A DNA stretch of 33,785 nucleotides from Macrostomum lignano (GCA_002269645.1 NIVC01003364.1:1-33785), one strand, 5' to 3'. Shown: positions 1 to 9,760, numbered from the stretch's first letter. Numbers and translations are program-made. The notes: generated by a model not told the origin, from the letters alone.

Positions 1-368
1 CTGGCTGTTCCCCTTTTACAAATAAAACAAATAAAAGCGATGCACTTCTGCTTCGTCTGGTCTAACGCTTCTTGCAGACCACTAAAATATCATATACTCC
101 AGGAAAGAAGTATAGAAGTATAGTTTTACTACTTGGATTCACAGATATTCAGAACCGATTTGGGTTCTGTAATTGGCAATTTGAAAAGCCTATATAAACT
201 TTGAAAATGGGCAACGAATGAGAAAAGACTGAGAAATTCTCCGGCTCCAACTGACCGTCTATCACATCACTTTGCCGTCTATTGAGTGTACTGAATCTAA
301 CGCATTGCAGCCTTCTTTGACGCTAGTAAAAAGTACTTAATACGAGTATGTTCTCTACAAAATTTCAG

Positions 369-1849
369 GTCGAACTGGTGTTGCCTTGATTTTCACAGAG
401 TATTTATTCGATGCTGTCAGAAACTACCAAACGTTTCTTGAGTACGCAAGCTTTAAAGTACACGTGGACCGCACACGTGGTGACATGAAATCGTTAAGAA
501 AAGCGTTCGATCGTGAGAAAGACCATTTTCAAAAAGACCTCGTAGTTATTGTTGTCGTGCGCCAACGTCATAGCGATGGGGATCTGTGGCGAATAATCCG
601 CGATATTGGTATCGCGAGATCGACAGAAGCTCGCCACAGCATACTGCTTATCTATTGCGAGGTCTATGACACCGAAGAATCTTCTCAGAGGGAGTTACAG
701 GTAGCCCGGCAAGTAGAAAACTTGCCTGACAAGTTCAGCATGGCCTGTTTCTTTGGCAATGAAGAGGAAGTCAAAGAATTTCTTGACTCATTGCTCCAAG
801 ATGCGAGGATGTCAGAAAGCCTGAATGGAATTTCCGTTGTTGGCAGAAATTTTCAAGACGGGCGCACCTCTCAAAGAGAGAACTTCGTGTTCAAGCGTAA
901 TGATGAAATCCCAAAATGGGCAACGGGAAGAGTGATTAAATGGCTAGGCAACTATACTATCAAATCAAGTGTTCAACGATCTACTACTGCGCAGGACGAC
1001 ACCGTTCAGTCAGAAGTTGTAGTTGATGAGTTCCGACTGTCCGAAACGCGGAAGAGATGGCACCCAAAGCTCCCCCCAGCAATCGAATCCACTTCAGAAT
1101 GTGTCAGAGCACCCAGAGCACTCATCGTGCACAATGTTATCTTCAAAGAGAAACTAAGCGCTAGGCTCGGTAGCCAGCATGACTGTCAAAGGCTGACAGA
1201 GAGTCTCCTAAGACTCGGCTACAAGGTCTCGATCAGGTCGAATCTCAACGGAGCTGAAATTAAACACGAAGTTAAGAAGTTTTCCGAAGAGTCTGACGAC
1301 GGCAGGTCATCTGTCGTTGCGTTTATGTCTCACGGACGCCTCGGCGAAGTCTTCGGCTCTGATGAAGAGCCTGTAGGAGAAAAAGATGTATTACAACTTT
1401 TCTCAGATGAATCAGGGACAAAAGACAACTTTCAGCTAGCCATATTTCAGTGCTGTCGTGTTCCAGGTCAATTACCAGACGAGGTGTCGTGTCTGGCCTT
1501 CTACCCGGGTATGATAATCGCTCACTCTACCCTGCCAAATGACTTCAGTCTGCGTGTGAAGAGCAAGGGCAGCCGGTTCATCCAGAGCTTCTGCACAGTG
1601 CTGGATCTTTTTCCTCACAATGACATTGTAACGATCATTCCTCTGGTGAATTACTTAATGCTCAACTCGATTTATCAAGGATTCAGTCAGCAGCCTTGGT
1701 GGTTTGTTCAAAGCGGAAAAAGGTTCTGGCCCAAAGTTCAAGGTGCTGGTGAAAATTCACAAAATCCGTCAGAATGCAACAATGCTTTTGACTTACAGGA
1801 GTTACAAAATAATTATCGAATCAGATCACCAGGATTAGCCTGCAGTTGA
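369..1849 (+). CDS. Caspase-family (peptidase C14) protein 1, 5'-partial: uncharacterised N-terminal alpha/beta domain plus C-terminal caspase domain with intact His/Cys dyad
   Basis: The 487-aa ORF has caspase motifs in order: PRALIVHN (nt ~1112), RLGSQHD, FMSHG (His 1331-1333), AIFQCCR (Cys 1454-1456), MIIAHST, SLR..KGSRFIQSFC. The ORF track start (TTG 386) is not a true start. An acceptor tttcag ends at 368 and the exon opens in phase 1 (xGT-R-T-G-V-A-L-I-F), matching the phase-1 intron position in gene 2. The first exon was not located with confidence. Confidence 0.88.
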
Positions 1850-2217
1850 GGATCGTGGAGCAGCCCCTGTTCCAGGTCATTGATACCCTGTGTGGATCAT
1901 CGGGCAGAGCATGATGATCTTAATGCGGTTGATTCACTAACTTCTAATGGGATTCGTCTGACTGATGACGCTCCTGATGCTCCATATAATTCTAAAAGTT
2001 GTGCTGGAGTGGACAGCCCTATCCAACTGCGTTGAGTATAATTAATTATTAAACGTTGATTAATGCGCAAAAGTAAGAGTAAATTTATTTATACTATAAT
2101 ATAGCACGTTTTTTAATAATTCTCACCCATTGTTAATTGTTGTAATCCAATTATAGGTAAATGTAATACAAATCAGAAATTCTCCATAAAGTACACTGGC
2201 AGATCTAATGAGGGATC

Positions 2218-2719
2218 GAAGCTACTCCGTACGTTGCTTGGTCCACTACACCCCAAGCACAGCAGCACCTGGTACATTAAATAGACTATTTTATTTCAAA
2301 TATTCCCATTCCTACGGACATATTTCTTGCTATGGCTTGCCCCTCTCGGTTGTTCTGCGAACGCGTCCGCGCAAAGTCTAGCTAGATCTCTTTTTGTCTG
2401 TGCTTTTGTCTGCGTCGCGCTATATATATATATGGCTGAGACTCAGACACCGGGTCCTTGGTCGGTTTAGGGGCAGACATAGAAACCGTCCAGCCAAACC
2501 TGTCTAGCTAGAGCACATAAAATTGAAATTGAAATAAAAAATGATTGCAATTGAATAGCCGCGTGTAAGCCGAAGACACAAAAGGGACAAAATGTGTTTA
2601 TTGAATCCTTGTTTTTATTCGCACACTATCTTTTACTCGCTCAACGATTTGCTTCTAACCTCTTTACACATTATCGTTTAGTTCGTGTGGTTGATTAAAA
2701 AACCTGTACATATTTTATT
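2218..2719. repeat. Dispersed repeat, copy 1 (probable non-autonomous transposon fragment, unclassified)
   Basis: Near-identical to 9950-10348 in the same orientation, from gaagctactccgtacgttgcttgg to ctgtacatattttatt. Copy 1 has 100 extra bp (2338-2437). No TSD or TIR recognised. Confidence 0.85.
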
Positions 2720-3507
2720 ATTTATACCGGAAATTTTCAACACATTTTTCTTGAACTAATTTTTAATTTGTATTTAAATCCTTTATACCAAATTTAAGCT
2801 CAGATCGCGTCATAAACTTAGCTAAAAACAATTGTTTAAAATAATTTTCACATTCTTGCTATTTGAGAATTAATCTGACGTCAACTACTTGAAGTAATAA
2901 CGTACGTTCCGCAACTATTGCGATGACTTTTTAATAGAAAGTTTTTACTGCTCAATGTATGAAGCTTAACGTATTTAGTTAATAATTATTAGTACTATTT
3001 TTTTCAGCCAACTATCATTAACAATCCTCGGCTAGCTCTTGATTATGAGTAATTTACAGTTAATTATTTGTGAAGTTCCACTGTCCTGCTGTTTCTGTCG
3101 CTTAACAGTTTTTTTCTAACAATACAGCAAAAAATGCTTCATCATTCACCTCAAACCGTTTCAATTGACTTTCATTTTCTACGAGCAGAAACGTGTTAAA
3201 TAGAAACTAAATTTAGATAGAGATTTAGGTATATTGATTTAGCTGTTTCAAAATGCTAAGACAGTTCGAAGTCAAAAGATAAATCGAGAGCACACAAATC
3301 AACAGTTTTCTAAAATAAAAATCACTCGTAAAATCACTTTATGCACTGTCAGGTAGTTCAGGCAAGTGTTTTGTACTCGTACTGCAAACAGCTAAATTTC
3401 ATAACAATTTGCTACCGAATTTATGCCCCTTTTCAGCGAGAATTTTTCAAAGGCAACTTGAGAGATTTAAAACAAATAAAAACATCCGTTGATTTCTATC
3501 AGAAAAC

Positions 3508-6025
3508 ATGACGAAAGACGCTTCAACTTTTATTGGTAAGGGGTTCGCTTTCTTCATAAATTTTCTATAGCTGACGAAAGATCTATAAAATACGTATACT
3601 TGAATAAACGTTTAAGCCGAAACTTTTAGAACGATCGTATGGCAACCGCCCAAAACGAGACAATTTTTTTAATTTTTACCCTTTCAGATCATCGCCGACT
3701 GCTGCTGGTCTTCGCTGATGAACACAAAGACATGCTGATAAATTATACCGAGTTTATGGAGAGTAAATGCGGATTTTTTAGGAAGACATTTCCCCTCGCA
3801 AACATTTCTGCGGCTTTGCTGAACTCGACAGCGGTCCAGTCATTCAAGTTGTCTGCGCCGTCGTCTGCTCGGAGACATCCGCATGCAACATGGAAGACTT
3901 CCTGAAGCCTCTTATTGCTCGGTTTGGGAAAGATGTCGATCAGCTGCTGCTGTACTGCAGAGTCTGTGATGGCAACCCAAATGAGAAGGATGAAGAATTA
4001 AAAAGTAAATTCAACGCCAGTGGATTCGAATACAAAAATTCGACAATTTCTTACATTGCTGACAGTTCTGACAATATTAGAAAGTTCCTAAGTGACAGCC
4101 TAATCAAACAGAAGACCAAGCAATGGAATGCCGAAACTTGTGCAGCTGATGTTCTTTACAACATTGAGGGTTTTGAAAAATTGTGCGTACAAAAGACAAA
4201 GAATTTTTTGCGACACATCTCGGAACCACATACGTCTGGGCAATCTGGCGCCATTTCATTCGCTGAGCCGTTTACCAATCATATCAACACACAGATCCCG
4301 ACAATTCGTTGATTTATCCTAATAGTCGTGAAACTTTTCCGAAGGCTCTTATCATTTTAAACATCTACCCAGAAAATAATATCAGCAAAGCAATGCTCAC
4401 GGACTGGAAGCGTCTGCTGTGGCTGTTCGACAAACTGCAGTTCAAAGTCACAGATGTGCAAACCGACGCCAGTACTGAGAACGCAGCAGAAACCAGTGTG
4501 AAGAATTTTGCAAACTCTGAATACCATGGAGATTCGTGCGTCTTAGTGATTCTGTCTGAGCGCAAGCTCAGCCAAAACTTTATTCGCAATACCAGCGATT
4601 CTATGGCAGCTGGCGAACAACTCCAGGACAAGCCCAGACTGATCATCCTGCAGCACTGGGAGACCGAACCGCCAAGTGCCGATGGCGCGCCCGCTGGACT
4701 TTCCCAGTTCGTGCCGGCTATTGTTGACTCAATCCGGACCCGCCGCAAACACACAAAGCCTGAAGTGCGAGTTCATCCGCATGGCGGAATGATTTGGTGC
4801 CAGCCGGCTGCTGCAGACTCCGACACTGATGACGGCAGCTCACTAGTTTGGGTGATCTGCGACACCTTCATCAAATATTCAGCCACTGAGGACGTGGTGT
4901 CAATGATTTCGCTGATCAATGAGAAGCTGAAGGCCTCGCCTCCACTGTGGTGTGTGCAGACTACCAAGTATTTCTTCATCACAGACACCAGTCGTCCATT
5001 GAATAACTCACGTGAGTACCTTTTTTGAGCTTATTCAAATTATACTTCGTATTTTATATTCCATAACTTATCTTTCGACTGTGAAATCGTTTTGTCGAAT
5101 TGTGCAGTTGCTCTGTGATTCGGAATTACGTGCATTATTACTAACCAGAACAGGTAGAAAAGAGCAAATGTATTCGTAATTACGTTAAATCAGCCAGCAC
5201 AAAAAGGTAGCACAATAAGCTAATGAGGGTCAGTCGATGGAAAATCTTAAACACTATTTCAGTCTAAAAGCTGCCTCATTCCATCGATAAAATGTCTCTT
5301 AAAAAACCTTTTTCAGTCGAGCCACCTTCCACTAAAGAAAGCGCAAAAGCGGGTCTCGCCTTAATAATAATTACACATTTAAGAACGACTGTACAAATTT
5401 GTAAGAGAAGGAAGCGACATCGATCGTGAAAAATTGAAAAGTACTTTCAAAAAGTTTGGTTACGACACTAAAATTGCGGAGGATCTCAGTGCAGAGAAAG
5501 TTCAATCTGAAGTGAAACAATTTGCCGATGATAGCCGTCACGGTGACACCTGCATTGTGGTCATCATGTCCCACGGAAAACTGGGAAAAATCATTGGAGT
5601 CGATCACTCGGAAGCGTCGGAAACGAAAATCTAAAATACTGAACGATAGCAAAAGCCTTTCAGGAAAGAAAAAACTCGTCATATTTCAGCTATGCCGAGA
5701 TCACCCAGATGGAAGCCCATCGAGCAATTCTGACCATCCCACTCGACTGGTCTACCCGGACATGATCGTGGCGCACTCGACAAGCATAGGTGAAAAAAGC
5801 TTTCGCAGAACAGATCAAGGCAGCCGGTTTGTGAATAGCCTGTGCGATGCTCTTGACAAGTTCGGGAAAGGCTCAGACATCGTCTCGCTCATCAGTGCCA
5901 TCAACTACATTATGATGAGAAGTTTTTACGATAAAACTAGTACAATTAAAGATGACACCCAGCTGCCCTTCTGGCTGGTGCAGACCACGGGCCCTTTTGT
6001 TCTCGCCAATCTTACGGATGGCTGA
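3508..6025 (+). pseudogene. Caspase-family gene 2, frameshifted as assembled (pseudogene or consensus errors): N-terminal alpha/beta domain + inactive caspase domain + catalytically complete caspase domain
   Basis: Exon 1 is 3508-3535 (MTKDASTFI, donor gtaag). Exon 2 is 3688-5011 (acceptor tttcag, donor gtgagt). Exon 3 is 5317-6025 (acceptor tttcag, phase-compatible). The N-terminus aligns to gene 1 (LVFADEHKDMLINYTEFME vs LIFTEYLFDAVRNYQTFLE; QLLLYCRV vs ILLIYCEV). Domain 2 (4309-5011) has PKALIILN, but ILSERK and ILQHWE stand in place of SHG and QACRG. Domain 3 has GLALI, REGSDID, IMSHG (His 5572-5574), IFQLCR (Cys 5693-5695), MIVAHST and GSRFVNSLC. Frame changes are needed at about 3782-3840, 4267-4310, 5365, 5402 and 5630. 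Confidence 0.75.
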
Positions 6026-6439
6026 GAAGTCGCTCGCACTGGTTCCGATAAGGGCTTTGGCATCCGAATAAGGGCAAAATGCATGACAGACACTCGCAGT
6101 GTTAATTTTTTTATTTATATCACTAATTCAATTTTAGCTTCTAAAACATTGTTTTTAAACAATCATAAGCCCTACCGTCAGTAGAATTTTTTTGACATTT
6201 TGCGTTTTTCAGTCGGTGCTTGCGCGATATTTATTGGTTTATAGACGCACAATTTTCTGATTGTTGCAAATTATAGTGCCTCTACTTTTACCATGGCCAA
6301 ATGTGCCAATGGATTGATTCTGTTCTACGCGGCCACCCACATTGAAATAAAAAAATTAAGAAATAAAAAATACCAGGGAGCGGGCACCCTAGCTGCAGTC
6401 ACTGCAAATGTACAAACTTAGATTGCTTCCTTCATCATC

Positions 6440-6640
6440 ACAATCACAATATACTAAATCTTCATCACAATATACTAAATCTCTAAGGTTTGTTTGTTTT
6501 ACCGGTATCACAATATACTAAATTTCTAAGGTTTGTCTGTCTTATACTTTAAATCTCTAAGGTATGTCTGTCTGACCGGTATTCTAGTCTACAGCCTGAA
6601 TGCCTGAACCGTTTTTTTAACATGCTTTATTCAATTGCAA
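6440..6640 (+). mobile_element. Helitron/Helentron-associated (DINE-1/HINE-like) short element fragment with repeated 5' end
   Basis: The motif cacaatatactaaatctctaaggt(t/a)tgt(t/c)tgt recurs 3-4 times. It is followed by tgtctgtctg and gcctgaaccgttttttt, which resembles the microsatellite-plus-core layout of DINE-1-like elements. Class recalled from pattern only. Confidence 0.4.
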
Positions 6641-6984
6641 ATTCTTGTGAGATTTTGTGGATTTAATTGTGAGGCAGAATCCTTATAAACTATGTATATT
6701 ACTTATAACAGTAGTTAAACCCGAGTTTTAATCACAGCCAATCAGAAATTTTCTTCCCCATTTGTTTAAATTCCCCAAACAAATCAAATTCTTTTGTTAT
6801 AATTTTAGTAATTGTTAAAATGCGTCCCACCTTCCCCAAATTTTCTGTATATATGGAATCAGGTTGACGCTAGAAAAATATAACCTCGGCGATCGTCCTC
6901 AATAATTGCCTTTAACTATTCTTGCGAGAATCTTTTAGCGAAACAAATCTAAATTTGGCTAAGACTTATCTCGTTATTTCTTTC

Positions 6985-7110
6985 ATAAGATAGGGAAACC
7001 AGAGGTCGTGGAGACCCAAAACCAGGACTCTAGATAGGGAAAACCAGAGGTCGTGGAGACCCAGAACTTGGGATCTGGTTAGGAAACTTGAGGTCGTGGA
7101 GACCCAAGAA
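6985..7110. repeat. Short local repeat, 3 copies of gaggtcgtggagaccca
   Basis: The 17-mer GAGGTCGTGGAGACCCA occurs three times with variable spacing; the first two are preceded by gatagggaaa(a)cca. Confidence 0.7.
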
Positions 7111-7902
7111 TAGAAACCTGAGTAGGGAGATCGAGATCGTACAGATCCTAAGAAAGCCGTACAGGCCAATAATAGGCATTAGGCATTAAGAGATTAGGTA
7201 TTAGGGAAGTAGATTAGTTACCGCTGGACACCCTTGATCCCTGGAAAACGCTAGACTTTCGGACTGAACTAGTAGGGAATTAGACAGTGTCTTACCGCTC
7301 GGGCACTACACTCTATCGCAAGGTTTCTAGGAAATCGTGTGAAATTAGAAATCTCTAGGAAAGAGTCATAGATTAGGGCTGCCAACGCTACTCAAAGTAG
7401 ATATATTAGTGACAATTTATAGGATAGAGAAATTAGAACTAAAGGACTGCAGCAAATTGGTGAGATAATTTCAGTAGGAACCAGAAGGGCTAGCACAATT
7501 GCATTGAAAAATTCGAATGGGAAAGTGGTTAAATATTCGAAAAACGAGTTTTCCCAATGCTTTCAATCGGAGGCTAGAAAAGGTCAAAATCTCGACTAAC
7601 TGAATAGCAATTCCAATTAAGATTGCGCCACAACTTTTCTCTTTTCACTGTGTAGGCCTCAATACAGGCTGCCGTGTGCAGCGGAGAGGAAAATACACAG
7701 TGGCTGCGTGTGTACATTCTGACCCTGGCTCTGACTCCATAGAAAATTGCTATTTATAGATCTCACTCAACTGTGCATTGGCTCTGCCTGCATACAACCT
7801 GTGCACACTGAGCAAGCCTATCACTGCTATGAACATGTATTTGACTGCAGTGCCGAAGCATATATGGCAGATTTTTGTGCTCTCCGATCAGTAGGTGGAA
7901 TA

Positions 7903-7973
7903 GCCGAGGTGTAGGCACTAGGATTAGGTTTAGTCTCGGCATAAGGTCCAAGGTTCGAGTCTGCCTCCTCGGC
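7903..7973 (+). other. tRNA-like segment (pseudo-tRNA or SINE head)
   Basis: 71 nt bounded by a perfect 7-bp stem GCCGAGG/CCTCGGC, with a B-box-like GGTTCGAGTC at the T-loop position. D, anticodon and T stems do not pair well, so it is not a functional tRNA. Confidence 0.35.
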
Positions 7974-8470
7974 GGATGATTAAAATCAAATAAATTTATT
8001 CATATATAGCTTGGACCTCAACTAATTGGAATATTTTTTGTTGAATTAGCAAAGCAAAGCCAGCTACAGTGAGAGGCCTGCAAGTTAATGCATTGAAATT
8101 AAAAACCAAGCCAATGCCCAGGACTAATTGAATAGCGACACCCGCCCCTCAATTTCAATATCAAAAATGTGTTGCGCAACCTTTCAACGCTTGTAGCTCT
8201 CCACGCGAGTGTAGAGAACCAATGCTATAGTTGGCACTGAGTTATGATGCAATACAATTGCATCGACAGTCAGAATGCTTCTCAATCAAAAAGAAACTGT
8301 TTGAACTTTAAAAAACGGGGCAAAAAATCGAGTTTTTCGAATATTTAATCCCGAAAAAATTAAGCATTCCTTTGCAAAAATTTGTGTACCAGCGCTCCAT
8401 AAATACGCATCGAATGCAGAAAACCCCACAAAATTCTGACTACGCAGAGTCAAGTTAAACGAAGGTTCCT

Positions 8471-8471
<1 letters not shown>

Positions 8472-8502
<31 letters not shown>

Positions 8503-8556
8503 GTAGGTAGGTAAGTAGGTAGGTAGGTAGGTAGGTAGGTAGGTAGTTAGGTAGAT
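8472..8556. repeat. Compound microsatellite (TAGA)n-(TAGG)n
   Basis: Read directly: a TAGA run switches to a TAGG run at about 8500. Confidence 0.95.
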
Positions 8557-8929
8557 ACATAGTTTTTATTTTTAGTATAGTTGGATTTTTAGTATATCTG
8601 ACTAGCCATTTAGCCTTTCTCCGGGTGGCTTCTTAGCAGTTTAGCGCTTGTCTATAAGCAGTTTTGTACAGTCGCTGAGCAAATGCCACTAATCTGAAAG
8701 CAGTTTTGCAGTAGCAAATATCTAAGCAGTTTCAGACCGAATTATACTGAGTTACATTTCTCAATGTTTGTAACTTTGCGATGTCAGTTAATTAAAAGGT
8801 CTCTCACGGCTCGTATAGTTATTCTATATTTTTTGTCTAAGTTAGTCTTGTTTTCACAATATTAAACTTCGCACTAGTTGCACGATAAACCTGACATGAG
8901 GATTACCATCAGAGTTGCTCTACTCTCCC

Positions 8930-9760
8930 CAGTTTGGCACCACTCCCACCCTGATAAGCACACCACTCCCACCTTGATTAGCACCACTCCCATCTGATTA
9001 GCACTCTCCTCACAGATTAGCACTGCTCCCACCGGGATTAATATCCACTCCCTCAGATTACCCCCACTCCATACATTAGCACCAATCCTCCAGATTAACA
9101 CTACTCCCCATATTAGCCCCAATTCTCCTATATTTGTCCCACTGTTAGATTAGCCCCACTTCTTCAGATTTGCACTACTTCCATAAGATTAGCACCAGAT
9201 TATCACCACTCCTCCAGATTAGCCTCCCTCCCCAGATTAGCACTGCTCCCCAGATTAGGACCGCTCCCCAGATTAGCACCGCTCCCCAGATTAGCACCGC
9301 TCCTCAGATTAGCACCGCTCACCAGATTAGCACCGCTCCCCAGATTAGCACCGCTCCTCAGATTAGCACCGCTCACCAGATTAGCACCGCTCCTCAGATT
9401 AGCACCGCTCCTAAGATCAGCACCGCTCCCCAGATCAACACCGCTCCCCAGATTAGCACCGCTCACCAGATTTAGCACCGCTTCCAGATTAGCACCGCTC
9501 ACCAGATTAGCACCGCTCCTAAGATCAGCACCGCTCCCCAGATTAGCACCGCTCCCCAGATTAGCACCGCTCACCAGATTAGCACCGCTCCTAAGATCAA
9601 CACCGCTCCCCAGATTAGCACCGCTCACCAGATTAGCACCGCTCACCAGATTAGCACCGCTCACCAGATTAGCACCGCTCACCAGATCAGCACTATTTCC
9701 CCCCAGATTAGCACCATACATTAGCACCACTAGCCCAGATTAGTCCCACTCTTCCAGATT
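8930..9760. repeat. 18-bp minisatellite, unit CAGATTAGCACCGCTC(C/A/T)C, with degenerate flanks
   Basis: About 25 well-conserved units in the core (~9229-9700). It accounts for the QISTAP-repeat and SGANLx-repeat ORFs in the track. Confidence 0.95.

Noticed and set aside
40-109. Candidate first exon of caspase gene 1 (ATG 40, donor gtatag at 110, phase 1)
   Set aside because: The phase fits but the donor is weak and the peptide does not resemble exon 1 of gene 2, so it is not supportable without transcripts.
1847-1849. Selenocysteine recoding of the gene 1 UGA
   Set aside because: No SECIS-like element was recognised in the AT-rich downstream region and the position is not catalytic. It is kept only as an unexplained open tail.
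3763-3781. 19-nt micro-intron (gtaaatgcggattttttag) or an alternative acceptor explaining the first frameshift of gene 2
   Set aside because: Removing it, or splicing exon 1 to this AG, leads to a frame that stops at TGA ~3820 and does not reach the homologous VIQVVC frame.
3782-5640. Programmed ribosomal frameshifting in caspase gene 2
   Set aside because: Five shifts in both directions, with no clear slippery-site and hairpin signals, are far better explained by errors or decay.
369-6025. Bacterial caspase-like anti-phage defence operon
   Set aside because: Canonical GT-AG introns, animal-type Asp-pocket caspase motifs and animal neighbours (protocadherin, TRP) show eukaryotic origin.
6940-7450. 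Solo LTR
   Set aside because: The composition and internal repeats are LTR-like, but no TG...CA ends, TSD, PBS or PPT could be identified.
7530-8346. TIR pair of an ~800-bp MITE (ttaaatattcgaaaaac and its reverse complement)
   Set aside because: Only ~17 bp match, the similarity does not extend convincingly, and there is no TSD.
9170-9730. Pentapeptide-repeat protein (SGANL...) or mucin-like QISTAP protein
   Set aside because: The period is 6 aa (18 bp), not 5. Both strands are open only because of the minisatellite, and there are no splice or start signals.
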